Positions 8,350 to 14,900 of a stretch of DNA of 64,000 nt are shown piece after piece. This stretch comes from Bacteroidaceae bacterium (GTDB taxonomy: Bacteria; Bacteroidota; Bacteroidia; Bacteroidales; Bacteroidaceae). A program made the translations under genes and the position numbers. The stretch lies in contig JAFUVM010000082.1 of assembly GCA_017483665.1 (NCBI GenBank), forward strand, positions 300-64,299, given 5' to 3'. Numbering within the stretch: position 1 is the first letter of the stretch; each line of letters opens with the position of its first letter. The notes beneath the pieces were generated by a model. It was not told where the DNA came from. It ran no database searches and saw only the letters and a list, made by a program, of their open reading frames with translations.

Positions 8350-10556
8350 TAAAAGTCTTTTCCCACGAACTCTGCTTCCTTGCTGATGGCACCCTCCTTG
8401 GCCTTGGCGTTCGGCTGGCGGAAGCGATAGGAGACGCTCAGGGCGATGCAGGGGAAGCTGGGGCGCACCCAGGTCTCGCTGCTCAGCAGGGCCGAGGTGC
8501 GGAGGCTGTGGTAGCGGGCCGTGTGGAAGATGTCGTGCCAGACGAGGCCGAGCTGCAGCTTGCCGCCGAGCAGCGACTGACGGGCTGCGAGGTCGAAGTA
8601 GACGTAGGCCGACTCCTTGCCTTGCGACAGGTTCTCGCCGCCCACGAAGTGTCCGTCCAGCTGCATGGATGTGTTCTTTGCCAGACGGAAATTGTTTATC
8701 CATCCAGCCATGCCCGTCGTGCCGTGGGCGCTGGTGCAACCCTCGTATGTGGCGCGGAAGTTGTAGAGGAACAGGCTGCCGTTAGCGGTGAGTTGCCACC
8801 AGGCGAACGGCTTTGCGACGACTTGCAGCTCCAGTCCCTCGCGCCACTCGTTGCCGGCATTGATGATGCTGTCCAGCGTCACGCCCACGTCGTAGGCCCG
8901 CCGGATGTAGTCCACCACACCGGTCCTGCGGCGAGCGAAGCCCGTGGCCGTCAGCCCTGTTGTGCCTATCGTCTTGCGCCACGACAGTTCCACGGAGTGA
9001 ATGTACTCCGAGCAGAGGTCAGGATTGCCGATGATGCGTGTGTGGTAGTCTTCGTAGGTGATGTAAGGCTCCAGCTTCCAGATGCCCGGACGGTTGGTGC
9101 GTCGCGAATAGCCCAGCGTGAAGATGCCCGCCCCGTCGGTCGTGTAGGAGAGATGAGCCGAGGGGTAGAACTCAGTGTAGCGGCGGTGGCGGCTGGTGAT
9201 GGTGGGCAGGTCCATGTCGTCGCGCAGGTGGTCCATGCGTAGCCCCGCGTCGAACAGGAAGCGTCCGAAGCCGTCGTTCACCTGTGCGTAGGTGCTATGC
9301 GTCTGCCGGCGGTAATAGAAAGGAGCGTAGAGGTCATCCTGCCAAAGGAAGGTCTGCTGCGGCAGGTCCCAGTAGCAGATGCGGTAGTCGCCCTTCTCGC
9401 TGTAGGTGGTGTACTGATACCCGGCCTCCAGCGTGCCGCCCTGCCGGTAGTGGAGCTTGTAGGAGAGGGCTCCGTCGCAGTCCCAATGGTGCTCCGTCTC
9501 GTAGCCGCGCGTGCCTTCCTGTCGTACGCCGTCCGGCGTGAACATGTTGCTCTCGGTGTATTCCTCCGAGAAACGGTCGTAGCGGAGGCGGCTCGACGCG
9601 TTCAGCTCGTCGCCACGCTCGTTGAGCTTCCAGGTGTAGTCGACAGCCGTCTGGAAGAGATACTTCGTCAGTTTGTAGCGGTCGTGGCTGTCCAGGACGG
9701 TCGAAGGCAACGGGCTGAGCGGCGAAGGGGTGAGGGACGTGCCAGTCCAGGTGCTGTACTTCATGTCGCCGCCCCGCGGATTGATGGTGCGGCCCCCCTG
9801 CAGGTCGACGGCCAGGCGATGGTGCTTCCCGTCGTCGAACTCGTAGCCTCCCTGTCCGATGAAAGTGCGGAAGTTGCGGAAGCGCGTGCCGTCGGCATAG
9901 GAAGTGACGCCTCCGTTCTCCCCTCCTTGCGGGGCGTTGGGCGAGGCCGTCCGTTTCTCCTGCTCGAAGCGGCTTTTGTTGTGGATGTCGGAGCCTTGGC
10001 CTCCTATATATATATTATGGTGTCCGATGCGATAGTTTATTTTGGCATCTATCGAGAGGGTGCCCCAAGTGGATGCCGTGCCGTTGACGGCAACGTCCCA
10101 ACCGTCCGTCTCGCTGCGCCGCGTGATGATGTTGATGATGCCCACGTCCCCGTCGGTCTTGTACTTGGCGGAGGGCGTGGTGAGTATCTCGATGTCGCGT
10201 ATGCTGGCTGCACCAATCATGCGAAGGGCCTCGCTGCCCGTCAGGGGCGAGAGCTTGCCGTCCACGTAGACCTGGAAGTTCTGGCTGCCTCGGTAGGAAA
10301 GCTGTCCGTCGGCATCGACCGTGACGCTGGGCACGGCACGCAGCACGTCGAGGGCTGTGCCGCCCTGCGCCGTCAGCACCTGGCTGGCGTCAATGCGCTG
10401 GCGGTCCAGGCGGTATGTGATGCGGCTGCGCTGTCCGTTGATGCTCACCTCGCGCATTATCGTAGTGTCGGAGGCTGCGGTCTGTCCCTTTGCCGGCAGG
10501 CTTGCAAGCGTCAGACCGACGAAAAAGAGAATCATTCTTTGCAGTAAACGTGACAT
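8349..10556 (-). CDS. TonB-dependent-receptor-like outer-membrane beta-barrel protein
   Basis: Plug-like N-terminus (ALDVLRAVPSVTVDADGQLSYRGS..VYVDG), a long beta-rich body and a terminal aromatic residue (..VGKDF). The track start 10565 is TTG; I use the first ATG (MSRLLQRMILFF..). Confidence 0.85.
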   Translation of the reverse strand: MSRLLQRMILFFVGLTLASLPAKGQTAASDTTIMREVSINGQRSRITYRLDRQRIDASQVLTAQGGTALDVLRAVPSVTVDADGQLSYRGSQNFQVYVDGKLSPLTGSEALRMIGAASIRDIEILTTPSAKYKTDGDVGIINIITRRSETDGWDVAVNGTASTWGTLSIDAKINYRIGHHNIYIGGQGSDIHNKSRFEQEKRTASPNAPQGGENGGVTSYADGTRFRNFRTFIGQGGYEFDDGKHHRLAVDLQGGRTINPRGGDMKYSTWTGTSLTPSPLSPLPSTVLDSHDRYKLTKYLFQTAVDYTWKLNERGDELNASSRLRYDRFSEEYTESNMFTPDGVRQEGTRGYETEHHWDCDGALSYKLHYRQGGTLEAGYQYTTYSEKGDYRICYWDLPQQTFLWQDDLYAPFYYRRQTHSTYAQVNDGFGRFLFDAGLRMDHLRDDMDLPTITSRHRRYTEFYPSAHLSYTTDGAGIFTLGYSRRTNRPGIWKLEPYITYEDYHTRIIGNPDLCSEYIHSVELSWRKTIGTTGLTATGFARRRTGVVDYIRRAYDVGVTLDSIINAGNEWREGLELQVVAKPFAWWQLTANGSLFLYNFRATYEGCTSAHGTTGMAGWINNFRLAKNTSMQLDGHFVGGENLSQGKESAYVYFDLAARQSLLGGKLQLGLVWHDIFHTARYHSLRTSALLSSETWVRPSFPCIALSVSYRFRQPNAKAKEGAISKEAEFVGKDF

Positions 10557-10584
10557 AAGGAACAACTTTTTACCTAAGTGCTTG

Positions 10585-10592
10585 CAAAGTTA
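10585..10592 (-). promoter_or_regulatory. -7 box TAACTTTG for the 8349-10556 gene
   Basis: Plus-strand caaagtta, 29 nt upstream of ATG 10556. Confidence 0.5.
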
Positions 10593-10635
10593 CACTTTTC
10601 TTGACGAAAACGAAAGAGATTTGAGAAAGATTGTT

Positions 10636-10643
10636 TATCTTTG
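10636..10643 (+). promoter_or_regulatory. -7 box TATCTTTG for the GH3 gene
   Basis: TAnnTTTG match 20 nt upstream of ATG 10663. Confidence 0.5.
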
Positions 10644-10662
10644 CAGGAAAAACATCCCCTGT

Positions 10663-12834
10663 ATGACGAAGAAAACTTCCATTCTCGGCCTTTTGCTGCT
10701 CGTTGTGTGTGCTGCACAGGCGCAGCGCTATCCCTATCAGAACCCGAACCTCAGTCCGAAGGAACGTGCCCGGGACCTCTGCCAGCGGCTGACGCTGGAG
10801 GAGAAGGTGGGCCTGATGATGAACCACTCGCGGGCTGTCGAACGCCTGGACGTGCCCGTCTTCCAATGGTGGAGCGAAGCACTGCATGGGGTGGGGCGCA
10901 ACGGCAACGCCACGGTCTTCCCCATTACGATGGGCCTGGCTGCGACTTTCGACACCATGCTCGTGGAGCGCGTCTTCACGGCAGTCAGCGATGAGGCTCG
11001 TGTGAAGTTCAACCAGGCGCAGCGTCTCGGCACGAAGGGCGAGATGTATCACGGCCTTTCTTTCTGGACCCCCAACATCAACATCTTCCGGGATCCTCGC
11101 TGGGGGCGCGGACAGGAGACCTACGGCGAAGACCCGTACCTGACAGCCGTGATGGGCAAGAGCGTAGTGCGCGGCTTGCAGGGACCGCAGGATGCTCCCT
11201 ACCAGAAGCTGCTGGCCTGTGCCAAACACTATGCCGTGCACAGCGGTCCGGAGTGGAGCCGTCACCGTTTCGACGCCGAGAACATCAAGCTCCGCGACCT
11301 GCACGAGACGTACCTCTACGCCTTCCGTGCCCTGGTGAAGGAAGCGAAGGTCAGCGAGGTGATGTGTGCCTACAACCGTTTCGAGGGCAAGCCTTGCTGC
11401 GGCAGCGACCGCCTCTTGCAGCAGATACTGCGCGACGAGTGGGGCTTCGACGGACTGGTGACCAGCGACTGCGGCGCGGTGGACGACTTCTGGATGGACC
11501 ACGGACACCACTACAGCAAAGGCAAGACCGAGGCGACGAGCCAGGCCGTCATCGCCGGAACGGACGTGGAGTGCGGTGGCAGCTATGGCAGTCTGCGGGA
11601 CGGAGTCCGCGAGGGGCGCATCAAGGAGGAGACCATCGACAAGAGTCTCTGTCGCCTGCTCGAGGCACGCTTCCGCTTGGGAGACTTCGACGACCCGCAG
11701 CTCAATCCCTGGAACCGCATTCCCGACGACCGCCTCTGCTGTCAGGAACACAACGACTTGGCGCTGGAGGCAGCCCGCAAGAGCATCGTCCTGCTGCGTA
11801 ACGAAAAGAACATTCTGCCCTTGGATAATGAAGAATTAAGAATTAAGAATGAAGAATTTGCTACCGCGCGAGAGGCCGACTCCCGTCCTTCAATGGTCAA
11901 TGGTCAATGGTCAATGGCCATCATGGGACCGAATGCAGCCGACCAGGAGATGCAATGGGGCAACTACAACGGCTTCCCGCTGCACACGATTACGATGGAA
12001 GAAGGCATCCGCAGCATCTGCCCCTCTGCACGGTTCATACCTTGGCAAAAGGATGTCCGGCAGCAAGTGGAGGCCGCAGGGGATGCACAGACCGTCATCT
12101 TCTGCGGCGGCATCTCGCCCCGTCTCGAGGGAGAGGAAATGCCGGTGGACGAGCCGGGCTTCAAGGGTGGCGACCGCACGATGATAGAGTTGCCGCAGAC
12201 CCAGCGTGACATCCTGGCCGCTCTGCACGAGGCAGGCAAGCGCGTCGTCCTCGTCCTTTGCTCGGGCAGCGCCATCGGACTTGTCCCGGAACAGCAGACG
12301 ACCGACGCCATCCTGCAGGCTTGGTACGGCGGACAGGCAGGCGGTCAGGCTGTGGCCGAGGTTCTCTTCGGTCGTGTCAACCCCAGCGGTCGCCTGCCCG
12401 TCACGTTCTATCGCAACGTGGACCAGCTGCCTGACTACGAAAACTACGACATGGAAGGCCACACCTACCGCTTCTTCCGTGGCGAACCGCTCTATCCGTT
12501 TGGCTACGGGCTCAGCTACAGCCGCTTCGTCTACGGCAAGGCGAGCTATGCAGACGGCAGGCTTTCGTTCCGCCTCACGAACAAGTCGAAGCGCGACGGC
12601 ACTGAGACGGTGCTCGTCTACCTGACCCGGGAAGGCGACACGGACGGCCCCATCCGCACGCTTCGCGCTATCCGGCGCGTGGATGTCCCTGCAGGGACGG
12701 CCACAGACGTCAGCATCCAGCTGCCCGACTCAGCGTTTGAGTGGTGGGACGCGAAGTCGAATGCCATGCGCATCCTGCCCGGGCGCTACGTCATCCAAGT
12801 CGGCAACCAGCGCCTGCGCATCACGAAAGAATAG
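10663..12834 (+). CDS. GH3 beta-glucosidase/beta-xylosidase (BglX-like) carrying an in-frame repeat insertion
   Basis: Start chosen at MTKKTSILGLLLLVVCAAQA (the track ORF starts upstream, overlapping the neighbouring gene). GH3 motifs: WSEALHGV, KHYAVHSGPE, VTSDCGAV, GGQAGGQAVAEVLFG. Codons ~390-420 are encoded by repeat 11826-11917. Confidence 0.9.
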   Translation: MTKKTSILGLLLLVVCAAQAQRYPYQNPNLSPKERARDLCQRLTLEEKVGLMMNHSRAVERLDVPVFQWWSEALHGVGRNGNATVFPITMGLAATFDTMLVERVFTAVSDEARVKFNQAQRLGTKGEMYHGLSFWTPNINIFRDPRWGRGQETYGEDPYLTAVMGKSVVRGLQGPQDAPYQKLLACAKHYAVHSGPEWSRHRFDAENIKLRDLHETYLYAFRALVKEAKVSEVMCAYNRFEGKPCCGSDRLLQQILRDEWGFDGLVTSDCGAVDDFWMDHGHHYSKGKTEATSQAVIAGTDVECGGSYGSLRDGVREGRIKEETIDKSLCRLLEARFRLGDFDDPQLNPWNRIPDDRLCCQEHNDLALEAARKSIVLLRNEKNILPLDNEELRIKNEEFATAREADSRPSMVNGQWSMAIMGPNAADQEMQWGNYNGFPLHTITMEEGIRSICPSARFIPWQKDVRQQVEAAGDAQTVIFCGGISPRLEGEEMPVDEPGFKGGDRTMIELPQTQRDILAALHEAGKRVVLVLCSGSAIGLVPEQQTTDAILQAWYGGQAGGQAVAEVLFGRVNPSGRLPVTFYRNVDQLPDYENYDMEGHTYRFFRGEPLYPFGYGLSYSRFVYGKASYADGRLSFRLTNKSKRDGTETVLVYLTREGDTDGPIRTLRAIRRVDVPAGTATDVSIQLPDSAFEWWDAKSNAMRILPGRYVIQVGNQRLRITKE
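11826..11917. repeat. Tandem-armed repeat element inserted in frame in the GH3 gene
   Basis: gaagaattaagaattaagaatgaagaatt ... ttcaatggtcaatggtcaatggtcaatgg, translated NEELRIKNEEF..SMVNGQWSM between the conserved ILPL and IMGPNA. Confidence 0.8.
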
Positions 12835-12909
12835 ATAAAACCAGTCCGCGGATAATAAAAACGTTAACCCCAAGCAGAGACACGACACATGCCTTAGAAT
12901 CAAGCTCAA

Positions 12910-12995
12910 CGCGCTTATCCCGGAAGCGCCTCGTGCTTATTTCGGAAGCGCCTCGTGCTTATTTCGGAAGCGCCTCGCGCTTATTTCGGAAGCGA
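12910..12995. repeat. Array of ~4 units of the 22-bp repeat GCTTATTTCGGAAGCGCCTCGT
   Basis: Head-to-tail units. Each junction forms the hairpin GCGCTT-ATTTCGG-AAGCGC. Confidence 0.9.
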
Positions 12996-13060
12996 AGGCA
13001 GAGGGGAATCATACTCCGCGGTAAGACATAGAAAGATCAGAACAAGATAAACAGAAGATT

Positions 13061-13693
13061 ATGGCAAATTACATCAAAAGCAGCCTTGAAGAGGGCGAGA
13101 AAATCATCTTCAACGGACGGCTTCACTGGTCGTCGGTGTTCAGCTACATGCTGTGGGCCACGCTGTTCTTCCTGGGCGGAGTGGCAGCCTTCGTAGCGGC
13201 CTATTACTATTACCCCGAACATAAGACGGAGCTTAACTACGCCGGCATTGCTTTGCTGGTGCTGGCTTTCGTGGTGTGGCTTGTGGGCCGCATCGTCCGC
13301 ACCCGCAGCGAGTTTGCCGTCACGGACACCCGTTTTGTGCAGAAGGACGGCATCTTCAACATCAAGATGACCGAGATTCCCCTGGCCCGCATCGAGACCG
13401 TCAACTTCTACCAGTCGTTCTGGCAGCGCATCATCGGCACGGGATGTGTGGAGATGGTGGGCAGCGGCGGCACTTCGCACCAGGTGCATTGCATAGAGCA
13501 CCCCATGACGGTGCGCAAAATCATCTGCGCTGCCATCAAAAAACCTCAGCCTGGCAGCCTTTCCGAGTCTACTAGTCCTACTAGTCTTACTAGTTCTTCT
13601 AGTCCCACTAGTCCTTCTAGTCTTTCTAGTTCTTCTAGTCTTTCTGGTCCCACTAGCCCTTCTATTAACCCTTCTTCAAGTGAACAGCTATGA
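13061..13693 (+). CDS. Membrane PH-domain (bPH_2/YdbS-like) protein with repeat-encoded Ser/Thr/Pro tail
   Basis: GEKIIFNGRLHWSSVF, two TM helices, then FAVTDTRFVQKDGIFN..IPLARIETVN. The C-terminus STSPTSLTSSSSPTSPSSLSSSSS comes from a 9-bp tandem. Confidence 0.8.
   Translation: MANYIKSSLEEGEKIIFNGRLHWSSVFSYMLWATLFFLGGVAAFVAAYYYYPEHKTELNYAGIALLVLAFVVWLVGRIVRTRSEFAVTDTRFVQKDGIFNIKMTEIPLARIETVNFYQSFWQRIIGTGCVEMVGSGGTSHQVHCIEHPMTVRKIICAAIKKPQPGSLSESTSPTSLTSSSSPTSPSSLSSSSSLSGPTSPSINPSSSEQL
13568..13665. repeat. 9-bp coding tandem (CTAGTCCTT-like, ~10 units)
   Basis: tctactagtcctactagtcttactagttcttctagtcccactagtccttctagtctttctagttcttctagtc.. Confidence 0.9.
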
Positions 13694-14805
13694 AAAATGA
13701 AGTAAAAGACCGCATAGCATTCGTTGATTGGATTCGCGTCATCGCTTGCTTCCTCGTGATGCTGGTGCACGCCAGTGAGAACTTCTATGGTGCCGACGAC
13801 AGCGGACTGGCCGGCAATATGTCCAAACTTGCCTGCGAGGCCAACCGTTTCTGGGTGGCCTTCTACGACGGAGCCCTCGGACGTGTCTCCGTTCCTCTGT
13901 TCATGACCATCAGCGCCTTCCTGCTCGTACCCATGAAGAAGGGCATGAGCATGACCGACTTCTACCGCCGCCGGTTCCTGCGCATCCTGCCCCCGATGAT
14001 TGTCTTCATGCTGCTCTACTGCTTCCTGCCCCTGGCATGGGGAGGCATGACGTGGGAGACGTCGATGCAGGACCTGTGCCGCCTGCCTTGGAACTTCCCG
14101 TCGATGGCCGGTCACCTTTGGTTCATGTACCCCCTCATCAGCCTCTATCTCATCATCCCCGTCGTGTCGCCTTGGCTCGAGAAGGCTACGGCAAAGGAAG
14201 AACGTCTGTTCATCTGGATCTTTGTCTTCTCGACGACGATGCCCTGGCTGCACCGCTTCGTGAGCGACGAGCTGTGGGGCGAGTGCTTCTGGAACGGCTT
14301 CCACATGCTTTGGTACTGCTCGGGTTACCTCGGCTACCTCGTTCTTGCGCATTACATACGCTATCATCTCCAGTGGACAGACAGCAAGCGTGTGGCTGTC
14401 GGCCTGCTTTGCTTCATCGTGGGCGCCGCGTTCACGGGCTGGAGTTTCTGGCTGAAGGGCGTTCCCGGCGTTGCCATCGAGACCCCGATGCTCGAATGGA
14501 GTTGGGAGTTCTGCACGCTCAATGTGCTGATGGCAACCTACGGCCTCTTCCTCCTCTTCTCGACAATTCACCGTCCGGCGCCAAGGATTATCACCTCTCT
14601 CGCTAAGCTCAGCTTCGGTATGTACCTGATGCATCTGTCCTTCCTCGCGCCCATCGCGGTTTACTTCGTGAACGGCAACCAGGCAGAACCCCTGATTCCC
14701 GTCTGGGCAGCCATCCCCGCGATAGCCGTCCTGAGCTTCATCTGCTGCGCCATCACCACGAAGATTGTCTCCCTGCTGCCCGGCAGCAAGTGGATTGTGG
14801 GCTAA
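13690..14805 (+). CDS. Acyltransferase family 3 membrane protein
   Basis: DWIRVIACFLVMLVHASENFY with about 10 TM segments. Its ATG overlaps the upstream stop (ATGA). Confidence 0.85.
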   Translation: MKNEVKDRIAFVDWIRVIACFLVMLVHASENFYGADDSGLAGNMSKLACEANRFWVAFYDGALGRVSVPLFMTISAFLLVPMKKGMSMTDFYRRRFLRILPPMIVFMLLYCFLPLAWGGMTWETSMQDLCRLPWNFPSMAGHLWFMYPLISLYLIIPVVSPWLEKATAKEERLFIWIFVFSTTMPWLHRFVSDELWGECFWNGFHMLWYCSGYLGYLVLAHYIRYHLQWTDSKRVAVGLLCFIVGAAFTGWSFWLKGVPGVAIETPMLEWSWEFCTLNVLMATYGLFLLFSTIHRPAPRIITSLAKLSFGMYLMHLSFLAPIAVYFVNGNQAEPLIPVWAAIPAIAVLSFICCAITTKIVSLLPGSKWIVG

Positions 14806-14900
14806 TTCATAATTCATAATTCACAATTCATAGTTAGGCTACGCCCAATTGAAAAGCATGATACAAACCGTTATGAATTGTGAATTATGAATTATGAATT
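14803..14900. repeat. Inverted repeat with AATTCATA-type arms (second copy of the 473-563 family)
   Basis: taattcataattcataattcacaattcatag ... ttatgaattgtgaattatgaattatgaatt. It contains the acyltransferase stop codon and the hrpB ATG. Confidence 0.85.

Noticed and set aside
10321-10662. 5' extensions of track ORFs: 10321 for GH3, 27163 for the C26/M19 gene, 52621 for pyrE, 54101 for the phosphoesterase, 54432 for the TonB receptor, 27659 and 19805.
   Set aside because: The extensions overlap neighbouring genes or repeats and translate to Arg/Pro-rich nonsense. Internal ATGs followed by signal peptides or conserved N-termini, with TAnnTTTG boxes upstream, fit better.
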